A stretch of 64,000 nt of DNA from Polymyxa betae A26-41 (lineage: Eukaryota; Protista; Endomyxa: Phytomyxea), in NCBI GenBank assembly GCA_003693705.1, contig RBZT01000751.1:134897-198896 (forward strand), given 5' to 3'. The position numbers and the translations under genes were made by a program. Below, in pieces: positions 37,043-48,205 of the stretch (its first letter is position 1; every line of letters starts with the position of its first letter). The notes below the pieces were generated by a model. That model saw only the letters and a list, made by a program, of their open reading frames with translations, did no database searches and was not told the DNA's origin.

Positions 37043-37594
37043 GATGTGATAAAATAATGCTTCTGGATCAGTACGACCGGAATCACTCAATATACTGATT
37101 GCAAACGTTCCCTATCTGCATATGACATCACGTGATTGGCACTCAGAACAGAAGTCAGCGATGTCAGATCCTTCTGAGCTGTAATCAGCGATCGGGAACT
37201 GCAACTGACAGTAGCTGGCCGTACACAAATGGACCCTTCTAGTGATTGCAATGCACAACAGCAGCAGCCCACCACATGCCCAGGTACGGCATGGAACTGC
37301 AATTCCAACGTGCGTAACCCAGCTGGGGCGTACTGGGATTTCCAGTTGCAATGGATACCCGGCAGCCAGTTATGTCAGTTGAGTTCGATCTACCATCCAG
37401 CCAGAGCAGCCACCAATGATCATGATTGGCCCCTGAAGTCGATCATTCATTATGTATTTGTCACGATCGGAACTTGTTGTTTTTGTTGATCGGAACGTGA
37501 CGCAGCGTTCAAGACGGCCACCAATCAATCGGATTCGGGGCTTTGCCTGCCCGTATATCCAAATTATCTCACGAAATACTACATCAATTAAAAT

Positions 37595-38485
37595 ATGGAC
37601 TCCCCTGTTGTCTTACCCGAACATCACCCGACGCTCGTAAACCATGAATTGCACCCTGCTCATATACCCGATCATGAGCATCACGACAACTTTGGCCGAG
37701 ACGGAAAGATGACCAAGGTGATCGAGGAAATCCCCATAATCGGCTTTGTTAAGGCCGGCATTCATGCCTCGAATGGCGATCGTGACCGCGCTTTGCGGGC
37801 AGTAGCTAAATGTTCCTCTTCTACTATTCATGCTGGTACAATGTTGGCTGCCAACATTGCAACCGGCGGTTTAGGTACTGGGCATATGATGTTTAACTGG
37901 CGTTAGCCTGAAAGCATTCTTTTCAGGTCTGTTGCCAACGCTGGCACTAGGAGCCTTTGCTGGTGGTGTTGGATTCGCTTCCGAGCAGGCACTAAAGCAA
38001 CAGATCGAGGTCGGTTGTCGATGCGGTAGATTTGTTTGGTCTGCTTCTAAGTCAGTCGCGAACAGTGCCCGAAAGTAAAGGAGGACTGTTCGCCGGCAAC
38101 GACGAAAGACTTGGCGCTGACGGCAGGATTCGGGTCGGCATTCGCACTGGTCGGGGGTGCGGGCGGTGCCGTTGCAAAAAGCTTCGTCCAGGAGATCGGC
38201 AAGACAGGCGTGACGAAGCACGCGACAGGATTTGTTGCGGGCCAGACTGTGAACCAGATTCAGGTGGCCCCTGTCAAACGCGACGTCAAAGAACGAATTA
38301 ATATCCTGGCTGATGATGAAGCCACCAGCATTACTTCGCAAGTAGAACGGAAGATGGCCAGAAGAGCTTCGCGCCAACGCCGGTCAAGCACAAAGAGACG
38401 CGATAAAATGACTGCCAGCCTATCACGCCCCCGAAGTTCGCTTCGCAGACGCAGTTACAGCCAGCACGAATTCCACTTCTATTAG
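37595..38485 (+). CDS. Hypothetical glycine-zipper-like protein
   Basis: Three exons join in frame. IPIIGFVKAGIHASNGDRDRA is followed by G/A-rich hydrophobic stretches (LGAFAGGVG, AGFGSAFALVGGAGGAV) and an Arg/Ser-rich tail. Confidence 0.65.
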
Positions 38486-38544
38486 ACCCACAAATTGAAT
38501 GAACGAATATCTTTTTGGCCCTGCAAGAATGACAACTTCTTTCA

Positions 38545-41191
38545 TTAACTACTTAGATTCAGTTGGGTCGAACGCTTGCGAACGGAGCCGGCGATTCCAC
38601 CGTCTACAATTAGTTGCTGGCCGACCTCACCAATAGGCTCAATGGCGAACGACGCTAATTGGCGTCCATCTTCCAACAGCATCAACGTCCACGATGGGAA
38701 GTCGACATCGATATCAAACGAACTTGAATAGCTCTGCTGTCTCAGAAAGCTAATGAGCTCGGGAGATTGCAAGATTAGGAACCCGTTATTGAAGGAATTG
38801 CGTTGATATGTCTCGTTGATGCTGGCCGCAATCACGGCTTGAACACCGGCGTATTTCAGGCAGGTCGCTGCTTGCTCTCGGGACGAACCGCAACCAAAGT
38901 TGTGGCCGGCGACGAGGATGACACCAGTGGGGATCGACATTCGTGTCGGATAATTCTCCAAGGCGACAGCTGCCATATCTTGAGGTGTCAAGTCCTCACG
39001 ATATGTGTACTTGCCGGGGTAGATCGCATCCGTATTGATATCATCGCTGTCAAGAAATAGTAATGGGCCACGTAATGAGCGGGCGAACCCATCAACAACC
39101 GGTGGTGGCGAGCGTGGTAACCTCGAACGACTCATTTCAGAACGAGTTCGAATCGGATTCGCCTGGAAGTTGGAATAAGCGCTGACGATTTTTCCAGCTA
39201 CGGCCGATGCTGCAACAATAGCTGGACTAGCTAGATAACATTCGGCAGAACGAGACCCCATTCTTCCTTTGAAATTGCGATTTGTTGCACCTAAATGGGA
39301 TAACGTCTTAGAGGCAGCTCATGCTCTAAGGTGATTATGGTACTTATTCCGACTTCGCCGTCTTTGAGTAGTCCCACACCGAGACCGATACAAGGGCCAC
39401 AGCCGGCAGGAAGGAATATGGCACCGCTTTCTTCCAAAATCTGATTGCAAATCAGTCACCGTCAAAGAAGATGTTTGACAGTAACCTGCCAAGAACCGTC
39501 CGCCTGTGCTCGTTGACGAACTTCGCTGCTGGCCGGTGAAACATAGAATTCGACTCCGCTGGCGACCTTCTTGCCTCTGATGATCTCGGCGGCTTCACGC
39601 AGGTCCTTATTACGCGCGTTGACGCACGACACCAGATACGCCTTCTGGATCGCGATGTTCTACACCAGGATGTCTCAGACATCACACAAGACAAAACGAT
39701 AAGCTGAATGGGACAAAACCGGGTCCCGCCACTCTAAAGATGGAGATGATGAAAACATGGGGACGTAACGTAAAGGAATCCCATTAGAGGCGCGGCCCCC
39801 TCATAGCCGCTTTATAGCGATCACAAACGGTTCTGACCTTCTTCTCTAGCTCGGCTATAGGAATACCGGCGCTGACAACGTTAGGACCACTGACCAAGGG
39901 GGATACTGAGTCGAGGTCGATCTCCTATGAAGACAAATCAGCAGCCGCTGTGCCTGGTAAATGATTAGAGAAACCAAGGTCTGCGCGTATTCGGCGTTGC
40001 TATCGGCGTTGATCGCCTTTGGTTCGATTTGGGCACGAAAGTCGTCATTAAGTCGAGGATGATGATATTCGGTTCCGGCGATGGAATCTGAAGCGACACC
40101 GGCTGGACCTCGTTGCTGAAGATAACGGGCTCGTGCTTCGATCCATCCAAGTAAGGCATCGTCAATTGGAAACAGACCACCCAGGCATCCCCATTCGGTC
40201 GTCATATTGGCGATTGTCAGACGATCTTCTATGGACAGGCCTGCAGGCGAGATTAGTTGGATCAGCGACGCTGTTCCAGAGGACAAAAATGGGATTGATT
40301 TGCTAAACGAAAACGATCCTTTCAGCTTCAGGCTTATCAATACATGACTGGATCAATTTTTGACAAAACGCTAGCAAAAAATACATGAAATCTGTTTGAG
40401 CATCAAAGTCAATAATAGATACTGTACTCGAGATGGAGTCAGCGCCAGCGAATTCAACGATGTGGTTGAGAACCTGATTATTGCGGAAGGCTGAGCACAG
40501 GGTCAGGATCAGATCCTTCCCTGTGGTACCAGCCTGAAGCTTTCCAGAAAGCTGAACTCGAGTGACGGGAGGGATCTGCACATTCCCATTTCATAACGAA
40601 TCAGGAACCGAAAGACATTGAGAGGACCTTCCACCAGGTTGTAGACGTCGCCCAGATTACGGCCGCATCGGTTCGTGTTAATGGTGTCCCCAAACATCCA
40701 ATCCCACCATACATATTCTAACAGGAATATTCAGCGCATTTCGATGAGGTTGGAACGTCCTGGTACGCTATGTGAATCAGGCGCCACGATCAACTTGCCG
40801 GGTAGGGCGTAAGCTTCCTCGATCATAATTTGATGAGCGATGCCTCGACCAGGTGGGAAGCAATCGATGCCATGCTGTTCAGCAAACGAACGAATCGCTG
40901 CATATTTCCCGGTGTAGTTCGCTTTGTTCTGGATATCATGATCGATGGCGAACACCGGCTGCCTTGGGTTGCTGATACGGCTGTGGCTTGATAGTGAATT
41001 AAATTTTGGTATGATGGCCTTTGAAACTCTTCATATTCAGCGATTGATACAGAGACGTGGCATACGGCTGTATTATCATGGCTCATGATGTGTTCCGGGC
41101 GGATCCTGACGAAGTCGCCGGGATGTAACCGCTTAGCGTTGCATGGCCCCGGTACCACATAGCGGGATATGATCTTTTCAACCTGGTTCAT
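38545..41191 (-). CDS. LYS4: Homoaconitase (homoaconitate hydratase), fused large and small domains
   Basis: [97 protein letters not shown] and [12 protein letters not shown] match the fungal Lys4 pattern. Confidence 0.9.
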
Positions 41192-41527
41192 AGGGATTAA
41201 TAGTTACCGATCGCCTCTCAAATCGGATCGTCTCGCTATAACAATGCGACGCTGAGAATAACACATGACTGTAGTAACATGAGAGTGGCGGATAACCGGG
41301 AACCGTCTACGACAATGACGCGGATGACTGATTTGACTACATCTAGATACGCGCAACAACAGCTATTCAAGAAGCCTACCGATGAGACAAGGGTAGAATT
41401 TTCAGATTAGAAGCGGTAGATGGTTCAAGTTGTTCAAGAGCTAGTACTATACTCAAAAGTGTGTTATGCAAGGGTCCTCCCAAACAGCCAGCAGAAGGCT
41501 TAGAAATCGTACTATCAGCGACAATAG

Positions 41528-43060
41528 CTACCGTATAATGCCATCTGTATTGATCCACTGGACGACCCATCCTGGAAAAGCGTCTTTAAGCAATCCGATC
41601 CGCTGCCTGAGATCATCGGCATCGTGCCTTAACATCACATGCTGGAAGCGTTTCAAATGATCAGCTTGTAAACAGCCCTTCGTAGCTCCTCCCTCTACCA
41701 CAATCAGATCGTGCTCTATCAGCTTCTCGAAAGCCTTAAGCAACAGATGACTCTTAGTGATAAAACTGTCATATAACTCAAGCCTTACCTTCATTAGGTA
41801 AGCGTCACTAAATTCGGGTATGACAATGTCACAAGTTCTTCGTTTTGCTTCCCGCCATAGGGTACAAATCATCTCGAATGTACATTGTCGGAATCCTTTA
41901 CGATCCAGATGCAACATACCAAATAGAAGCATGACATCAACCGGCTCCAATTCTGCATCCAATCATTAACAGCATTGAAAGAACCAATCAACAAACTTTG
42001 CAAAATGACAGCGAGAGGGTCAATGAAGAAATTTCGAGCACATTTCAAAAACGTCGTCGGGTTTGGAAGCGCATCAAGCTGCTCAACATAAACTGAGAGC
42101 AGCACGAAAAAGCCATTCATAGGAAGTGCCCATTCTAACTGCATATTTAAGAACGTTTGAACATCAGTGTCTTCAAACAGGTTCCTGGTCGCTGTGTTAT
42201 AATTTTCAATGAAGCTACGATCAAGGTTATAATAGGAGCCTGGGATTGACATCGAAAACCGCATCGCTAGCAGAAGCTCGTCAAGCGAAAGAAATCGCGG
42301 CTGAACCACAATTCTGTTATTGCTAAACCTTGACTGAACCCGAGTTTCAAGCAAACTGATAACATCGCTGTGTTCCGTGACGCCAATGATCGCAATCTGT
42401 TTCGGATCAGAAAACGCAAATAAGACTGACAGCAACAACTGACTTGATTTGCAGAATTATGAGCTAAGTCGAGAAGGTGGTAAAGCAAACCATGTTTGGG
42501 CTTACTAGCGAACATCTCAAATTCTTGTAAAACCATGATAATCGGTTGATTGATAAGCGATCCTTCCCGTAAGGCACGAAGAACAAACTCCATGTTCGCC
42601 TGGAATGATCCTGGCGTTTTTGGATCCAGATCGCACTCGAAATCGATTTTCAGTTGACGAGCCATGGCTTTTAAAGCCAGGAGATCGGAATCGTGAATGA
42701 TTCCAGATAAATGCACAAGGGCGTAAGACGGCGACTGCTCATTACGCTTTTCATCTAATCTGTTCAAGGCATGGAGCAAAGCGATCCGAGCCTACAGCAT
42801 TTGTCAAAAATACTTCTGTCGCCCATCCAAACCAAGACCTGATGCAGTGGCCCTATCAATAAAGCCGACCTCGACAGGCCCAAGAACAGAGTCCTATCAA
42901 GGAGGGCATACAGTGCATCAGCGGTATCGCTCAGTTTATAAGCATTAACAGCCCAGGTCGTCTGGACAGCGCCCATTTGACGCCGGTCCCAGGTCTCGAG
43001 TAGGCATGGTTGTAGAGATGCTCTGATAATAGGAATGGCCTCGCCCATAGTCGACATCAT
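41528..43060 (-). CDS. ORC4: Origin recognition complex subunit 4
   Basis: VHLSGIIHDSDLLALKAMARQL, LQEFEMFA, LLYHLLD and LETRVQSRFS (arginine finger). The start is uncertain (43060 or 43048). Confidence 0.88.
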
Positions 43061-43330
43061 GGGGGAGACCCCAACACCCCAAAACCCCAGAACAGTGATA
43101 TATGCGTAACCCGATCCCTTGTCCTAGAAGCTGTCCCAATAGTTTCATAGCTTCGGTCATCAAGTCTTGGTGACCAGGAGCGCCCTGAGCACCACCATAA
43201 GACGCTCCCCCCCAACCAGAAACATGTGACTCTCGACCGAGTTTGAGCAGCATGTGGCCAACAGAAGCCAGAACCCTTTTCGGAGGAAGTCGTCGTCTAG
43301 ATGGGGTCATAATCATAATTTCTGCTCAAG

Positions 43331-44485
43331 ATGGCGTTGATTATTGTATTCGTCTTCAGCGTTTTGATATCGGGAGCGTTTCCGCAGCCTCCCTTGGCTT
43401 TATCTCCAGCACATAACCACAGGCAAGATGATTCTGTGTTCCACGATCGATTCCGTCGCGGCTTCATTACAGACGATGCTGTCGAAGATGAGAAAGTGGA
43501 TCGAACTCAGTTACGTCGTGAGGAGGACCATTTCGCCAATGCCCAAACAGACAGCACCAAGTTCAAGACCGGCCATGGACATCTCGGCGATGGCGGTTTG
43601 TTCTCATCGGGGTCGGGACATCAGCTTGATAGCCAAAAGATAGCCATGGATAGGCGCAAGTTCGAGAACGATCATCTAGGCGTTCGACGTAACGCAGCCA
43701 GCCTGCAAACGGGCCAGATGGAAAGCGGCTCTCGATCTGGGCGTTCTGCCTACCGAGCCGCACTCGGTGGACCCTTCAAACACGGCGAGATCGCATACGA
43801 TGAAGCGGAATTCAACCGCATCGACAACGAGCGTGCAGGTCGCAGCACCGATTACGCAAAGGACGCCGATCGCACCTTGAACCAGTACGATCGCGGCTTT
43901 GCTGAGCGTTCAGCGGAAGCCGGGGCGCTGATCGCTCAGGATGGTGCGCTGGGTGGTGGCAGCGACGGGTATGAGCTCGGCCAGGCGAAGACCGAACAAG
44001 AGGCGGGAACCATATTGTCTCAGACGTTGCTCGAGCGAGGTGGCGCTGTGAATGACATCAGCAAGGCCCATAATGCGGTTGGACGAGTACGGGCGAAACG
44101 AGCCGGGTCAGCGTTTGGCCCGGATGGCGCTTTGGGTGCTGAGGTGGTCGCTAAGCAAGACTCGTGGGATCGCGGCAACCTGGACCATCGCGATCAAACC
44201 CAGTTCCTGCATCGTAACCACGATGTTTTCAAGGACGTCAGGAAACAGAAATCGTTGGCCGCCGTCGATCTGAAAGCCTACGTTGGCGAAGGCATTCCTG
44301 GAGATCTCTGCAACCTGGATCGGGATGCACGAGCCGCTGAAAATCAGGAACGAATCATCGAACGTGATGCGGGTGATCGGTTGATTTCCAATTCCGAATC
44401 GGAGACCCTGCAAACGTTTGACATTGGCGGGAGAACAGTAATCAGCGATGCAGGCATGGCAATTGGTATTCCGGTGGTTAACTAA
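43331..44485 (+). CDS. Secreted intronless protein of unknown function, 384 aa
   Basis: Signal peptide MALIIVFVFSVLISGA; G/A/D/R-rich mature region with one Cys and no recognised domain. Confidence 0.85.
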   Translation: MALIIVFVFSVLISGAFPQPPLALSPAHNHRQDDSVFHDRFRRGFITDDAVEDEKVDRTQLRREEDHFANAQTDSTKFKTGHGHLGDGGLFSSGSGHQLDSQKIAMDRRKFENDHLGVRRNAASLQTGQMESGSRSGRSAYRAALGGPFKHGEIAYDEAEFNRIDNERAGRSTDYAKDADRTLNQYDRGFAERSAEAGALIAQDGALGGGSDGYELGQAKTEQEAGTILSQTLLERGGAVNDISKAHNAVGRVRAKRAGSAFGPDGALGAEVVAKQDSWDRGNLDHRDQTQFLHRNHDVFKDVRKQKSLAAVDLKAYVGEGIPGDLCNLDRDARAAENQERIIERDAGDRLISNSESETLQTFDIGGRTVISDAGMAIGIPVVN

Positions 44486-44818
44486 TTGCAATCATGATCT
44501 TGCTGCTACCTGTATTTTGATCATTATTATACTCATTTGTATCATTATCAGCAATAATTCATTCAGAATATTTAAACCAAAATTCTTGCGACAATTGAAT
44601 TTGAGCCGTTTGATTAATTTGCCAATGTCACAGTCGTTGACGTTTCAGTGAATTCGCCTTGTCTAGTCATCATCAGAAATCGGAGTATTGGTATCACCTC
44701 TCAGAGAAGCCACGTCACAGGTTCCGATTGGGGCCATTTCTGGCTACCTAGGGTTTAGGGGTTCGCGAGCAGCCCCTGAAATGACTCAGGTCTGGATTAT
44801 TCTCTAATTCTGGTCCGA

Positions 44819-46271
44819 ATGATCGGCAGCCATGTCTCCAGGCTCGAGCTGGTGAATCCGCCTAGATCGCCGCTGTCCGAAACCATCCAGATCGCGATCG
44901 GCGTGGTCACATGCATTCTGCTGAACGATGCCATGAGCATGGCCCTAGCCGCTGCTGGCATCTTGCTGCCCGGATCGGTCGCAGGTCTAGTCGTCTTGCT
45001 AATCGCCTTACTTGTGACGCCAAACGACCGCCTCGCCGACCTTCTCAAGGTTATACACTTTTTTTCATGCTGGTATGAAGATGTGACTTGTTGTATTGCT
45101 AGCCAGCGGCCGATTTTCTGCTAATCTGGCTGCCACTTTTGTTCGTCCCAGCCCTTGTTGATTTTCCATTGGTCGTGGCTGAAATCCCTGCCTGGGACTT
45201 TCCGAAAATCGCTGTAATTATAGTGGTCGGAATCCTCTGCACAACGACCATTGGCGGCTGGTCTTTAGTCGCCATGGGCTATCTGCATTTCAAGATTACT
45301 GGAAGAAGACAAGTTAGATATTTGCTGTAATCGTAGGTTTGTTTCGCTAATATCGTCTATAGGTATTGGTATTCCCAGAACAGGAACATGTGCCAAGGCC
45401 GAAACATGCCCTCCTGGGAAGGAGAACTTTGATTGTCGTCGTGGCAGCTTCAAGTTTTCTGACCATTTTGTATTCTTGTCTCCCTAGAAGCCGACCTGCA
45501 CTATTATTCATCATTATGTTATTGATGATGCCAGCGACTTATGCAATTGGGCAATATCTTCAAAGAACGTACCCGAGAGGGTACTTTCCGAATCCCATTC
45601 TAATGTCTGGCGCTTTGTCCATTTTAATGGCATACATTTTATCGGCATGCAGCAGCACGCCTTTCTTAGACCTGCTGACGCAGATTCATTCTGGAGGTTC
45701 GATGAATATAATCACTGGATATTCGCCATCTGTTGGTGCCGGTGATGTTTATCTGTACTTGTTGAACGCCAGCGTTGTATCTATGGCGCTTCCTGTGTAC
45801 AGCCAGAAATATGCCTTGTTAATTCATGGAGTTGATATGCTGCTTGCTTCCGTTTTGGTGGCTACCAGCTCGATTCTATTAACGATCTGCTTATGCAATA
45901 TGCTCTTCGTCTCCCAATCGACCGCCAGAAGCATGGCCTTGCGAACAGTAACTGCTCCGATTGCTATGGCTTCAATCACGTATATTCAAGGGCTTTCTGG
46001 GGTTGCTGGTGCCGTCTCTGTGATCACCGGCGTTGCTGGTGGTATTTTCTGGAGGAAGCTTGTTGATTTGAGATTTAACAAGTTTACGAGTGCACTGACG
46101 AGAGGGTTTTCGATTGGCTCTTCGTGTCATGGTATGGGAACTGCTATTCTGTCCTTGGACGAGCCTGAATCGACCCCATTTTCAACGGTCGCCTTCATTG
46201 CAGTTGGTGTGGCGTCTTCTAGCTTGATCTCTATTCCTGGTTTCCGGAATGTAATTAACATGATCATCTAG
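44819..46271 (+). CDS. LrgA/CidA-LrgB fusion membrane transporter (PLGG1-like)
   Basis: LrgA part LPGSVAGLVVL and WLPLLFVPALV; LrgB part FPNPILMS, LLNASVVSMALPVY, RTVTAPIAM and RGFSIGSSCHGMGTA. Confidence 0.85.
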
Positions 46272-46879
46272 GTGTACAATTGTGGATTGTCTCAAAATAT
46301 ATCTAATTGTATAGATCTGTTCTCAAATCAATTTATGTAAAGAACGCGAATACATTTGTTTAAGCTACTTTTCTCCTAGTGCACCAGACTGGATATTCAA
46401 AGTCCTCAAACAAGCTGGCGGCATGCAAAACTGATCTTGGTATACATGGAAGCCTGACACAATTTGCAATTCGCCAGTATTGATGGCGCCCTTATTTTCA
46501 GATTTATGAATATCACTCTTACGAGTTCCTCAGCGCGTATTGGTCGCCCCTGTTCGGTGCCGTCTCTCTCATAAGAGGTTACTGAGGCGTCTCTCTACTG
46601 GACAGTCAGGTTTGCCGAAGTGCCGAACCGAGGTCTCATGTCAAAATGAGATCGATATAACTCCTATTAGACACTTGACACAGCAGCTATGTTTCACTGT
46701 TAGAAATCGCCAGCTACACTCTGTCCTGGCTGGTCTCTAGAAGATGACGATCAAACATGAATTCGAGTTCCTTTGAGTGCATCACTGTCACATCATTGGC
46801 GGCTGTTGACACGACCCAGTGGCCGTCTTCTGCTGTATCTAGAAGCTATTTGCTGGATTCGTTCAGCTGAATGAGTGAT

Positions 46880-47505
46880 GGCTTCACGTCTCTGCTTAAT
46901 AAAGCCTGGATCATCCTGCCTGGACGAGTCGCTGGTCTGATCGTTCTCGTTATAATTTTATTTGTGTCTCCAACGGAGAGTATCCTGAACTTTCTCAAAG
47001 TATGAAGCTACACATTGCTAAAATTGAACAATCTGTGTTTTAAATGCTGTTAAGCCAGGTTCCTAATGCTATTGAAATGACTTTCATAGTTATAGGTGAT
47101 AGAAGGCGACAAATCATCACGAACCGACACATTCGTCTCATTATCAAGAGTTATTACTACCAAGCAAGGTAGTTGCATTGATGATGTTAACAGTGTTGCT
47201 ATTAGTCGTGCTATATGGGATTCTACCTGGCAATGATGTCATTTTCTTCATAATCAATATTGTTGCATTGCCTGCTTTCGTCATTATCGGTAGCGCCATC
47301 TGGGTCACACTTTTTAACCTCAATCGTTTTACGAAACCTATTACGCGAGGACTTGCGACGGGATCGATGGCGTGGATCGATGGCGCAAGAGCTGGGAACG
47401 GCTCCGTTTTCAACGCTTTCCATCGTCACCGTTCAGCGTTATGTCGTCACTTTGGATTGCAATCCAGAAATCAGGAGCCTAATCGCATCAATGATCGATT
47501 GATTG
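46880..47505 (+). pseudogene. Decayed, internally deleted tandem copy of the LrgA-LrgB gene
   Basis: IILPGRVAGLIVLVIILFVSPTESILNFLK|gt mirrors ILLPGSVAGLVVLLIALLVTPNDRLADLLK|gt. RFTKPITRGLATGS and (after a frameshift) TAPFSTLSIV...PEIRSLIASMI mirror the intact gene's C-terminus. Confidence 0.75.
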
Positions 47506-47524
47506 ACACTGTTATTAGAGAACA

Positions 47525-48010
47525 TTAAGCGACACGTGTGAACTGCTTTGATACAGGGTCCTTCTTCCAGGTCCACGTACTCACATTAGGTGTCTCAGCG
47601 AACACTTTCGTAAACGATCCAATACGAGTAATTGTGCCAGACGAGCTGCAATAGATCGATAACTGATCTTTGTAGAGCGTAGCAGAACTAAATCATCCAG
47701 TTAGAAAAGCGGACAGATTCAAGGACAAGAACAGAGCACCCTCCAGTAATGCTGATTATATCAGCAACTTCTAATGCATCAATTTGGCGATCCCATAGGG
47801 TCAGCTGAATCGAACCAGATCCGTCGGCCACTAAACATTGGCAAACACGACGTCCATCGGATGTCTCGGCAGTTTCACGCTTCTCCAAGATAATCACTTC
47901 TAAGCGAGGATTAAGGAACCGCCCATTCCAGCTGCCAGATGCGAACCCAGGCGAAGATTCTTCGAGAATGGTGTCGCGCTAGTCACTGCTTGAGCCGGTG
48001 ATGAGGACAT
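47525..48010 (-). CDS. NABP: SOSS complex subunit B (NABP/hSSB OB-fold ssDNA-binding protein)
   Basis: VIILEK...TSDGRRVCQCLVADGSGSIQLTLWD...ADIISITGG, then LYKDQLSIY...RIGSFTKVFAETPNVS. Confidence 0.85.
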
Positions 48011-48114
48011 TCGCTTCTCACTCTATTCGCATTTCTTCTCAAGACCGTTTGCAAACAAGCAAAGACGAATGGAAACTCCAAGCCCGCTCTCTGGAAAATT
48101 GCGGCAAAAATCTG

Positions 48115-48188
48115 CTGCCTGCTGATATCGAAACCCTACTGCCTGCTGGTATTGAAACCCTACTGCCCGCTGGTATCGAAACCCTACT
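48115..48188. repeat. 24-bp minisatellite, three copies, each containing the telo-box AAACCCTA
   Basis: ctgcc(t/c)gctg(a/g)tat(c/t)gaaacccta at 48115, 48139 and 48163. Confidence 0.9.
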
Positions 48189-48205
48189 TCTAAATGAATG
48201 GTTCT

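Noticed and set aside
37087-37489. Small Cys/Trp-rich ORFs between the FAM92-like and glycine-zipper genes
   Set aside because: No consistent gene model, signal peptide or recognisable motif on either strand.
39785-39800. AGAGGCGC resembling the 5' end of a bacterial lysine riboswitch inside LYS4
   Set aside because: It is antisense to LYS4, the other conserved elements are not visible, and exon sequence starts about 45 nt later.
38545-41191. Isopropylmalate isomerase (LEU1) or aconitase assignment
   Set aside because: HDNT, HQIMIEE, NMTTEWG and IYPGKYTY motifs fit Lys4 rather than Leu1 or Aco.
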